33,880 bases of DNA from the NCBI GenBank assembly GCA_000934665.2, contig JYFJ02004228.1:1-33880 (forward strand). The letters run 5' to 3'. The position numbers and the translations under genes were made by a program. Within the stretch, counting starts at the first letter, position 1. Each line of letters opens with the position of its first letter. The DNA comes from Catajapyx aquilonaris (lineage: Eukaryota). Positions 22,564 to 33,880 of this stretch are shown here, piece after piece. A model generated the notes under the pieces. It had not been told where the DNA came from, made no database searches, and saw nothing but the letters and a program-made list of their open reading frames with translations.

Positions 22564-25500
22564 TAAGATTATTTCAGGTAAATGCATTTTACAGTTTTGT
22601 TTAATTTGTTTCAATATTGTCTATATTGTCAATATTGTCTCTAGAATATTGTCTGGTGTAGGATTTTCGTTGTCATTTTCTTCAGCAATCAAGGTTGTGC
22701 TGGTTGTGTCGTTGTGCGCAACTTATACTATTCCACTAGTCACTGACAGGTAAGTGATGGTTTATTTATTCATTTATTTGCATGCCCCATCACAGTGTTA
22801 GAAGTAGTGCTGAACTCGTCGCGATGGTAAGCCTAAAACTATACATTACATTGACAATATCGAATCCGATATAATCCTTAATCTCCTGTCACAATCTTCT
22901 TGCTGACACAGCCTGGCATTTTTATCCTGCACCTTTGCCTATCATTCCTATCGCCCTGTAGGCCATAGGTTGAACAATGCGTTTGTCATGGTAAGCACAA
23001 ACGCACATTACACCAACAACTTCAGCCCCTATAGCTTCCCTTACACCTCCTTGCCGACAATCGAATGGCGTTAAAAAAATTATTTTCTACCCTGAATCAT
23101 TTCAGGCAATAGGTTTCCATTTTGCAGCTGTGAAATACATTATACCTTTTGCACATTTCAACTTAACTATTCAAATAATCTGAAACTTTTCATTGTCTCA
23201 TACGAGAATGTTTCAGTCAATCTTATCCAAAGCAATACGAACTTCATTACTTTTTCAGCCCTCTCTTGTCATTGGCTCAGGCATGTCTCGACCTTTTTCT
23301 TCTTCTTTTTTTGCATGGTATGCCCATGAGTCACTGTTTTTTTTTTTTTTTAATGTTCATATTGCACCAATGAGGCTCGTTGGTTGTTTGATGAGGTTAC
23401 TGTTTTAATGCCTCAGTTTAAAGTTACACTGCAGAAAGTATTGCCAATCATTGATTACAATAAGTATGGATTGTAAATAGCAACATGTACGTCTCTAAAT
23501 ACGTAGGCTATAATGTTGCTATAAAATTTTAGATTAAAGCTCATTTTCATTCTCTCCCATAACTTATCTTCCCTTCGCCTGATCTGATCGTGAGTGCAGT
23601 TCGAAATTTGCATCAAAATCTAACCAACCACAGAATTATTGTAATTTAATTATTGTATACCAGCTCCATCTGGGCCACTTAATCATGACTGTGTGCAATT
23701 TCAGAAAGGGTACTTCACGTATGAAAATTTGATATAAATTATGATGTCTTGTGTTCTAGAACAACCTTAATACAGTATTAGCAAGAACCATGTGGTGGAG
23801 AATCCACGATGTGCTGCCATGCTATATCAGCGTCATTTTATTGACAGTGATTGCAACAATCTCAACCACCTTACGAACCGAGCAAGCCATGCAACACATA
23901 CTTTTCCAGTGATCTGATCTTCTTTAGCCATTGACGTCATATCACCTGCCTAATCACTGCTCAGTCCTTAGAAGCAGACCCATCAGTGGAAAGGCAGCAT
24001 ATTTATATCCAGATAATACTAAATGTCCCCATAGTTTTTGGTGTCATTTTTGTTCCATTCCCTGTTGAGCCTGCATATTTTGCAAATATGTAACATCTCC
24101 AGATATGGCTGATAACATATCGTAATAAAATAATAAATCGTCATCAGCTTACGTATACTGTAAGACAGTCATAAGTTTCCTGAGCTTCCCTATAGGCGTG
24201 AGTGATATCAGGGGTTTCCGTCGTGCTAATCCTTATCGACATATGTGTGGTATGGTTAAAGAGCCCACACTGGAGCACTCGTCACCCAGTTACTTTTGAC
24301 GTCACATAGTTGCGTGTTTGCAACTACAGGAGTGGGGCTGGGGGAAGTACCCCTTCCCTACACCATCCCCCACCCTCTCTATTTATCGGGCGGACAAAAA
24401 CGCCGCGCCGTCACGCTACGGCTTTGACTGCAAAGTGTTACTGGATCGGCTTCGGAACGTGCTGAAGTATTGGGTGCTAGTGTTTGTGACGACGACTTCC
24501 TGGTGGGAAAATCTATATCAGGTAATGATTCCGATCACATTATGCATATAATTTTATTGAATAGTTTTGTGCACTATTCTGATAAGCTATTTGACTGCGC
24601 ACTTACTGCTTTATTGTAAGGAATTCATATATATATATAGCATTGTTTTTATGTAATATTGCAGTACCATACTCGTGTACGGCAACAGACGTAAATTACA
24701 TCCGTTTTCAGACGTGCTGCATATTTTTCATTCCACGAACAGCACTATATCATCAGAGCGTGACTGTACGACAATTCCGCCAAACTGAATAAAAAGTCCT
24801 TACTGAAAATAATGACTATGCTAGAAGGACGCGCATATTGGTTGCCACTCATTATGTATGTGAGATGCACACTTGACTTGGCTTTTGATACATTAGACAA
24901 GGTCGATACCATATATAAATCAGTGGGAAAGAGTATAGGAATTTGCTTCCGAACAATCAGTTGAGTGCTGTATATCGCTATGTGGTAAAATCACGGCGAA
25001 CTATGGCATGCCACGGACCACATGTGCTCAAGGACATGTGATTTATGAACCCTCATAACAGAACCCCCACGTCCACATTCAGTACAAGTACTTGTAATTG
25101 GGCTTGAGTGGGTTTACCTCATCTTGTGGTCATGTCGCGCTCTCATTTTTTCCTGTTCAGTTTGAACACGTGCCAGATTTCTCAGAGTTTAATAGCCACC
25201 TAAAAGTGCGTGGTGTCATTATCTACTGGTTACAAAGCTTATCTTAATGTGGGTATGGTCGTAAGGGGGGAAAACCCTATAATAGTGTAAAGGTCATTGT
25301 CAATTGCGACTAAATTATTCACATCGCAATGTACCCGGCGGAATCATATCATTGGGTACATAGAAATCGTTTGTATGATAATTAGCTATTTGTTTGTGCT
25401 ACGCATTGCGATGAATTATCCATACACCCGAACGCGAATCAGGCGTAGAAATATATGGACACTCTACTGCACAATTTCACGACCACTTTTGTGCGCATGA

Positions 25501-26318
25501 TAACACATTCATGAGCACAATTACTAAGATTGTACGTCCTCTAATTGTAACATTGTACTGAGTGGCACAGTGAGCAAAGCCACTGAGTTCATGACATCCA
25601 GATCGAAAAATGACCTCCTATAAACTCTTGATCTTGTTGACAACTCCTGGCAGTTGGCAATCATACTCTATTATCTCTAATAAGTGCTAAATGCAGCAGG
25701 GTGTGGCGCCCTATGGTCGGGTATAAAAAAAGAAAAAAACAAAGTGAAAAAAGATCCGGGAACAACGCACGCTATTTCATTCCATTGGTTGGCACGAAAT
25801 CTCGTCGATCCCGTCAATAATGTGGATTTTAGGAAGATTAAAACGCCCCAGGAAGGAAGTGTCTCGTGGGTATTCCCTTTGGTCTCATGACCAATAAATG
25901 GCTCGTAAGGTGATTAAGTTGGTGCAGATATAGCTCTTTTGTGACAACGAAGGTTGTCATTTCCATATCGGCGATATGTGCATAAACATGCGTCACTAGG
26001 AAGCCATTAATCATTCGTTAGGTGACCTTCGAGGTGTTAAGGGACGCGACCTGTACTGTTGGGAGGTTCATGCTCTTGGTAATAGGACTTAGAAACATGT
26101 CCGTGTGCCAGATGGAGCGATTGATACGCAGAGATTGAAGCAAGGGTAGCATTGACCTCGTTTGTAGCAATACAAACTGAAACAAACTTTGAGGTGCCCA
26201 GCAGAATAGTTGCACATAAATCGCAATCAGATAGATAAGGCTATTTTTACACTGCACTTTTAATTGATATGGTCGCATTTTTACAGACTGTCGTTGTGGA
26301 TCGACTCGACATATCACC

Positions 26319-27986
26319 ATGGGCTCCGACGAGTTTTCTTCTAACTTTGGAAGTAAGTGATTTGCTGTCATCAAAGCAACGATCGAGCGAAATTTTCGGA
26401 TCACTATACATACTTTGTGTTTGATGGCAGCACTGCACATTAAAAACCGAATGGTGATGGTCATTGTAACGGGCTGTCAGCATTTCCCGATGGTGTGACA
26501 CTGTTTAGACAAGTGCTTGACTTTTTACAGGCGAAGAATTTGACGGGTGGGATGATGGTCATGATTTTGATAGCTGGAATCATGGCGTTAAACACCATAG
26601 TGGTGAGTTTGGTCAAATTCAATCTGAAAAATCTCATAACCTTTATGAAGATTAGTTCCCTGTCACTCTTACTAATAGCACTGCTGTTAACGCAATATGT
26701 TGCTAAAACATGGATTAATATTATTACAGCATTCTTATCTCATGCTTAACCGACTGTCAAGTTTCCTGATCGGCAACCGATAAGTAATTGGTTCTTTAAA
26801 GGAGCCTTAATCCTTATCAAATTATGACGTATCATGTTTGATGATGGCTCAAGTTGCTTACAGGATATTATGGTAGTTTCCTATTGAAAATCTATTACTC
26901 GTATGAGAGATTCAATCTTTTGTTACGCCTTATTGCATCCAATATGTAGGCTACGAAAAGACGAGGCAGAATTCTATTGTCTGGTGCTTGCTTACATAAT
27001 GTGACCTGTAGTGTGCAGGTCAATAGATTAGATTGATAGATTAATTTGCATATTTAGATAATGAAATTGGTGTTGCTCATTTTCATACTAGTTACTGCCT
27101 CACATAACCTACAGAATTAACTACTTGAAACGAGGAAGTTGCTTACGAATTGTGGGAAATGCGCCAATATACGTAAGTACAGCATCGCGATAAGACTACA
27201 GGAAATTTTACACGTCATCATAATGCTTGTCCTTAGCTTTTCTGAGAACATAATCATGCTGCCACTGCCATCACATGTCAAACATACTCGACCAATTTGC
27301 TTTTTCTGTACCACGCCATTGCTCCAATACCCAATCACATATGCATATTAATCATAGCAGTTGAACCCGAACTCGTAAGAAAATTTCCGTTGAACAAATT
27401 AGTTCATTTCACATGAACTGCAATAATCTTCAGCAAGTGCTGTCAGTTGTCTGCTGAATTTATTTTTCTTCTCTGAATTGGAATAATGTTTGATGATATG
27501 CATGTATTAATGCTCGCGATGTCCTTCATTTCAGTTCGTGAGAGCCCACCACTGGAGATAATCCTTCCGGTGGTGTTCTTCGTGGTGTTCGTCATCTTCT
27601 TCATCACCTGCTGCATAGCCGCTATAATCCGCAAGCGAGACGAGGAGAGACGACGAGCCAACATCACCTACACCTCCCCAATAATAACCCCTGGCTACCC
27701 TAACTATCCAACTGCCATGCCTTCTCACCCTCACCAGTACGGAGGGCAGCCCCCGTCCTTCCTCCATCCGACGGCCCTCACCACCGTCTCTGGAGGAGGA
27801 TACTCCAACTTCCTGGCGCAACAGTCCGACCTGCCCCCATCGTACGAAGAAGCCACACACCAGAGCCTGGACTCGGGGAACAAGACCCTCCAACACCAGC
27901 AGCAGGCAGGGCTGGTGGGTGTCCTCAGCACGGTGCCTAGTTCGGGACACTGGCAGCAGCAACAACCGGGATGGGTGCAGCAGTGA
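26319..27986 (+). CDS. Small single-pass membrane protein with a Pro/Gln-rich tail and LPPSY (PY) motif; join(26319..26352,27535..27986), 161 aa
   Basis: CACCATGG start in an exon bounded by ttacAG (ends 26286) and a GTAAGT donor (26353, phase 1); acceptor tccttcatttcAG ends 27534, phase 1; TM IILPVVFFVVFVIFFITCCIAAII followed by RKRDEERRR; LPPSYEEA. Confidence 0.75.
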
Positions 27987-30261
27987 CTATATGGAGAGAG
28001 GGGGACAAGGGCTGCAGTAGTCCCTCCGTAGAACACACGTTGTGCCTGAACATCACTGCCAATAACACGCTCTGATCATTGAGACACATGCTTTGCGTGC
28101 CATGAATGAGCTGTGCCTTTGACATTTGAACAGAGAATTCCCTCCTGAATCTGGAGTAGTGGACAGATGCGACGTTATCTGAATGATATAATATGTTATG
28201 AGATAAACATGAGAAGTGGTTATCAGTTATCATAGGATAGCCTGTAGGATTGTATTGAGCTGTGGAGTAGGCCTACCAGCTACCCTAACGAAAAGCAATT
28301 GCTGTGATTTTATTCCACTATGAGTCATGTTATTACGAACAAATGATCTGAAACATTGTATTTATAGTAGTTTAGTAAAGTTTTATATGAAACATGCTTG
28401 CAAGTTTTTATTTATTAACTTGTCAGGGTGTAAACGATCCATGTACAGTGCAATTTGATACCTGAATATTTTTTCCGATCTAAAGTATTCTTGCTGCATG
28501 AAATACAGCTGCAAATCAGATAAGAAGACTCCTTCATATCAGAAAACACTGTCAGAGCTACGTACTTTCGTGGAGTTTCCTCGATCCAGAACTGGTGGGT
28601 TGTGTGTATGTAATATCATAAATTAGTGACAAAGTGTAGTTCAGGAGGAGAGTATGATACTGCATTTCTTAATTGTTATTACTGAACATGAACTGGTATC
28701 CAACGTCCTTGCATAAGAATATAGTATACCATTGCAATACGTCAACGCTAATATGAATCAACGGGATTGTTCGACCCGTGTAATTTTTCTGGACATTGAT
28801 TAGAAGAGTTATTTGTAATTATCACATTTCTTATATGTACAGTACTGCATACATGATCTCCCAGCTCAGGTTTTATAAAAAACCATTAGATGCGGTGTAT
28901 GACCAATTGTTTCCCTTACGCCTCTTGAAGTAATTGTGACTCCGCCACACAAAGTTTTAAGCGGTATGGCTATATACATCTTACGAGACCTTGGTTGTAT
29001 TGAATCTACTTTCAAGCTGATTGGTGTGGGTGGGGTGAGGAGGATGGAAAATTGAGGTGTCACGCACCTTCTCCCCCTCCCCCCCCCCCCCACCTCTGAC
29101 CTTCTCATCCGGAAATTACTTAACCGGCCGTATACACTATTAGCTTGACAAGCCCCGCGTGTATACTGAACAGCACAACTGAAAGGGCTGTGTGACTTAT
29201 ATACTATATGGGTGTCATTTGGGTATCAGCAACTATTATTATGTACTCAAATAATCGACAAATATGCTACAAGCTACAATGCTTGATATGATATGTCCAC
29301 TTGCATTTTGTGTGGTAATGTGAGAGATAGGAATATTAATTACGTACGTATAGGCTCTGTAACTCTTGCGTAATGTGCAGTATATTCTGACCTGTCATGT
29401 ATATGGAGGTGTTTCATATAATGATGCAAACATCTAGGGGAAACGTCACAGGATCACGTATGCAGAGGTATTGCTTCAAAATCAGATGTAAAATTTCCTG
29501 CCACATATGCGTCTCCATGAGCTACTTCACTTTTACTGTGCAATTATAATCCAATGCACTGGGTATAACAAACAGTGGTCAAGATAGTGTAGGCTGCATC
29601 AGCGATACAGGAGACACTATTAATATGTTCTTCTTGATTAATGATCATTAATATATTAACGCGCCCGCGTTGACCGTAAGGTCATGCTAATTAACTTACT
29701 ATCTTACATGTAGGCTACTTTTAAATGGAATATTGTATTAGTAAAATACCAATGCTCGGTTATACCAAGAGCTTAGCTCTTGGTTATACTGAAGAGGCCG
29801 CTATGCATGGCTGCAGAGGGGAAATCTATGATACGTATTTGCACGGTCTTCACAGCAGAAACTGGCACGCGGATTTGCCAAAATTAGCAGTGTTACAAAT
29901 TGCACATTCAAAATGAGCAAACCTACTTCAAGAGAGGTGTGTGAAGCGAAAAGTCATCTTGTTCAATTAGGCGTGCAAATGTCTTCGATTAGAAGATGGT
30001 ATACGTACTTGTATATCATAACTCTCAACAACAAACAAAACAAACCTACACAAAAATCCATCACGACGTGTCTCTACAAAAGAATACGTCAGCGACATAA
30101 GAGTCGCAAGTCAAATAATATGACGAGCTCACATAAAAAACTGTCAACGTTGCACGTATTTCACATGACAAATACAGTAAAACCGATATACTTTTGGGCC
30201 ACATTCATCGAGAGGGGAAAACTCACATTTTTGCGATTACGTGTATTAAGACACTGTGTCA

Positions 30262-30362
30262 AATTTTCGTCCAACTGCTAGATACTGCTAACGTAGCAGT
30301 ATCGGTGCCAACACTGGTACTGCTCAGTCAGCAGTAACTATAGCAGTGGGACGAAAATTCCA
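30262..30362. mobile_element. Short diverged member of the 739-987 MITE family
   Basis: aattttcgtccaactgctagatactgctaacgtagcag ... ccaacactggtactgct ... gcagtgggacgaaaattcca; same TIRs with only a partial internal unit. Confidence 0.75.
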
Positions 30363-31293
30363 TTCACTTTCATTTATATTTAAATTAATATTGCACCCAC
30401 ATCTGGTATTATCAATACCATATAAGCTAAGTCTCGGTAGTTATCTTACCTTCTCTCGAAAATATGCAACAGTGTATTAATCTGCACAAATATGAAAGTA
30501 AATAAATTAACCATAATTTCATTGGTATTTTACGGGGCACATGCTTGGCAGTCACGGTAGAAATTCTTTCACTACTATCCCATGAGTAATAAAATAGCAC
30601 ACCCAATTCTGAGAAAGATACAAAAAGAGTAAATCTAAAAATAACGCAGTTTGGCGGCAGCCTCGACACACCACCACTGAAATAACTTTTTTTTCATTCT
30701 CATATGAATGACGTTCACACAACAATAGTACAACAATGTCATTTACAGCGTTCGGTTGATAATTTTTGCCGCAGTAATCCTGTAAATTTCTCTTCATTAA
30801 AAAACTGCCCTGCCACTTGGTAAGTGTTCACCAAAATTTAAACGATAGGCTATATAACCTCACGTTTGTCCAAAAATCAGGCGAATATCCCATGGACACA
30901 GTCTGAAGGAGTCTGAACGGCCGTGAAAAGACGGTACCGTACTTTGGCTACTATTGTTTGCTTTGTCTGCAGCGCCAGCGAGTTTTTGCCAAATTCTTTT
31001 TTGACTCATTTACTTCCTGTGAACCCTCCTGCTGCGCATTCCGGATTAGCTGGTTGGTGGAAAGGAGGCTTGGTCTCGGGTTTCTACGTCGTGGCATGTG
31101 ACTATTGCGACTATGGATTGAAAGAGGAGTATTAAGAGGTCATTTCCACTAACACCTACGAGCTGCTTAAGAGAGAGAGAACCTGTGCCACAAGTGAGTG
31201 TATTTTTAGTCCCTTCTTTCGTGAAGCAATATATTTAAAGCTATAACGTCATGTAACTGGTAGTGTTCCCAGCTACAACAGGTACCCATTTAC

Positions 31294-31943
31294 ATGCTCT
31301 TAACATTTTATGACACTTTAGGTAAGGACTTCAACATTCCTCTTTGGGTGCACCATGAGCTTCACTGAAGATGCGATTAACTTTAAAGGTATTTTACACG
31401 TTATATGCATTTAGTGCTCCGTAGTTAAGTATACTTATATTTTAGATGATAAAGAGTTCCAAAATGTTGGAGACGACTTCACCACCACCAATGAGGGCTG
31501 GCTGAACACCAAGCGTGGAAATGATATCATTACGTATGATACGCCTTCTCACTGTAAGTAGGTCTCTGACAATCTTCCAAAGGATTGTAACTAATGGACT
31601 GGCCCTTTTTTTGGCCATCTCCACAGCTGCTGACAATGGACTCGACATGTTTATTATATTGGGTTTCCTCCTGTTCTCGATTCTAATCATCGTCATATTG
31701 TGCGTGATATGTGCCAAACGTGAAGCCAGACGGTTACGGTACGGCATGGCGTTCACCACAGCTCCAATGCCCAAGTCGCAAGTGACGTATGTGACTCCGC
31801 AACTACTTCCAGACCAGAACCAGCACCAGCCCTTTGGTGCCGCCAGTCCATTTGCACCAGCACCTGGTCCTCCTCAGCTGACGATTACGACAGCTGACGA
31901 TTGCAGGGCTGATTTCCAGGGTGTGCAGACGTCTGGCGTATGA
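31294..31943 (+). CDS. Second small single-pass membrane protein, possible paralog; join(31294..31321,31446..31553,31627..31943), 150 aa
   Basis: Phase-consistent GT/AG junctions (GTAAGG 31322, AG ends 31445, GTAAGT 31554, CTAAT branch point + ccacAG ends 31626); TM MFIILGFLLFSILIIVILCVIC followed by AKREARR and a Pro/Gln-rich tail; first coding exon less certain. Confidence 0.65.
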
Positions 31944-32330
31944 CCATGTCAGTGGATCGGCTGGTGTTTCAGTGCATTGTGCCAATGTTTTCTGAAAGAA
32001 ACTAATTTTTCGAGTTTTGGACTAAACGTTTCAGTCGTCTTACAATAACTTTTGAAGTGAATAATATGTCAAGTAGTTTCAGCAGGATGGCCATATTTTA
32101 TGCACAAAAATGGGACTATTTCAGCTCAATATATTACTGCACTCTGTGAATTTCCTTGGATGAAAATAAAATATATCTTTTTTACCTATTAATTGTGTTG
32201 TATTGGCACGTAAATCAAATAAGAAACTTTAATATACAGGGTTACGTCATTTAAATTCTGCTTTCAATGCCAAAGACAGTAGTAACTCCAATATCATCGT
32301 TATACATTTGCCAAAATGCTATGTTTATAG

Positions 32331-33192
32331 CAGCGGTTCTTAACCTGGGGTGCGAGCAGGGGTGCCAGTTATGTACCATAATTATGGTATACATTCCATA
32401 ATTTCTGGGTCCGTCCCATGTAGGCTACCATAATGGTACACAAAAATACCGGATAATTTCGTCAAGCCCAATATAACTCTGTAATTCCATTTCCATGAAA
32501 AAAGTGCTGCCAATTTCATCAAATATACACCCCGACACACCCATTCAAATCTCCCAGCCAGTTACATTCACCACAAATGTGTGACCTTGAACCCAAAAAA
32601 TATATTTCGCCTGCGGCGGGCTTACCCCCCTCCCTTTATGACATGTTCGACTCTTTCATTGAAGGGTTTTTATTGCAAATTTAATTTACTTGTCATTAAA
32701 TACACCTTTTAGAAAAGTACCCTAATTTCCGTGGGTTGGTACCATAACTTCGATTCCGCGATCTGCCGAGCAAGGTGAACTTCTGACTATGAATTTAATC
32801 AATCACTCTCTTCCTCTCTACTTCTCTCCTCGAGCGGTTCTTCCTCTTCCTCGAGCGGTCCTCGGACCCAACTCGCATTTCTTGGTTGGACGGGGTGCTT
32901 GGGAGAATATCCTACCCCCGTCCCTGGGTTGGACCTGGCATTGCAGTACAGCTGGGTCCAGCCAGCCCTCCTCTCCCCCACCCTTCTCCCCCACCCCTAC
33001 CTTGCAATCCCACACCTTCCTCTCCTACCCCCGGCTGCCAAGGCTCGACTCAGAGAGAGCCATACAAGCTGGGTAACCCTTCCTATTACCAACCAACCAA
33101 CCAAATAATCAATCACTACTAGTATAGGGGATGCGACAAGGACCAACTGTCTTCAAAGGGGTGCGGAGGCCCGAAAAGGTTAAGAACCACTG
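32331..33192. mobile_element. hAT (Charlie-like) non-autonomous element
   Basis: TIRs CAGCGGTTCTTAACCT / AGGTTAAGAACCACTG, subterminal ggggtgcg, imperfect 8-bp TSD gtttatag / gtttagtg. Confidence 0.75.
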
Positions 33193-33572
33193 GTTTAGTG
33201 TCTATAACTTGACCATGATGATAATTTCAGGTTACAGGCTTATAACAAAAATCCTCAACTGATTCGTCTCCTAACTGGATGATTCTTGCATTACAATGTG
33301 GAGATCATGGCCAGTTGAAGAAAGAATCTCTTTCGCCATGCACTAGAGTAGCCGTACTTGTGTACTAGACTTCTCTTAACTGGTCGTAGTGGCGACTATA
33401 ATATTTCATATATCGTGCGCAATTCGACAAGTTGTTATTACATATCACCTATTCATATTTTTGCATGTAGCACGTGCTGGGGTAATATGGCAGTGAGCTC
33501 CTACACAGGACGTGTGCAACATTACGTAAAAGTTACATTATTAAGGATGTAACACGCACATCTTCTATAATA

Positions 33573-33705
33573 TTAAAATCTAAAATATCATAAAATCATA
33601 AATATATATATTAAATCTAAAATATCATAAAATCATAAATATATATATTAAATCTAAAATATCATAAAATCATAAATATATATATATTAAATCTAAAATA
33701 TTAAA
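33573..33705. repeat. AT-rich minisatellite, ~37-bp unit, ~3.5 copies
   Basis: ttaaatctaaaatatcataaaatcataaatatatata repeated. Confidence 0.9.
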
Positions 33706-33880
33706 TTAATGAATATTGAGTTACGGTCCTCTCACATCTGACGGCAGTACTGGCATCCCCAGTGGGAAGAGTTGGTAAGCAGGATCCCACCAAAAACCTT
33801 TCTGTAAAAAAGGCCAAGTTCTCCTGACTGCTTGGCCGTAAAAAGTGGTGAGATCTGAAATACGGCCAAGTTCAGCGTCG

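Noticed and set aside
33831..33870. 10-bp inverted repeat cttggccgta/tacggccaag
   Set aside because: Short and at the window edge; probably part of a repeat end, cannot be interpreted.

Overview
Eukaryotic, most likely arthropod, genomic DNA. Positions ~1.9-19.8 kb hold a same-strand tandem array of 19 cassettes, each encoding a pair of C2H2 zinc fingers followed by a stop codon. Of these, 18 are intact and one is a decayed pseudo-exon; one intact cassette (14259-14476) is missing from the ORF track. Every cassette begins at a polypyrimidine-tract/AG splice acceptor in the same phase (phase 1), and none has a credible start codon of its own. This is the architecture of alternative 3'-terminal exons of a tramtrack-group BTB-zinc-finger gene (lola/broad/fruitless-like); the shared exons are not in the window and would lie upstream. 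The 5' part of the array (cassettes 1-11) is a closely related HTGET(T/K)C family with diversified recognition helices and a shared CTAAGG motif upstream of the acceptor. The 3' part holds more divergent cassettes, the last three Broad-like. Downstream lie two tandem, possibly paralogous small single-pass membrane protein genes (one with an LPPSY motif) and several non-autonomous DNA transposons and tandem repeats.
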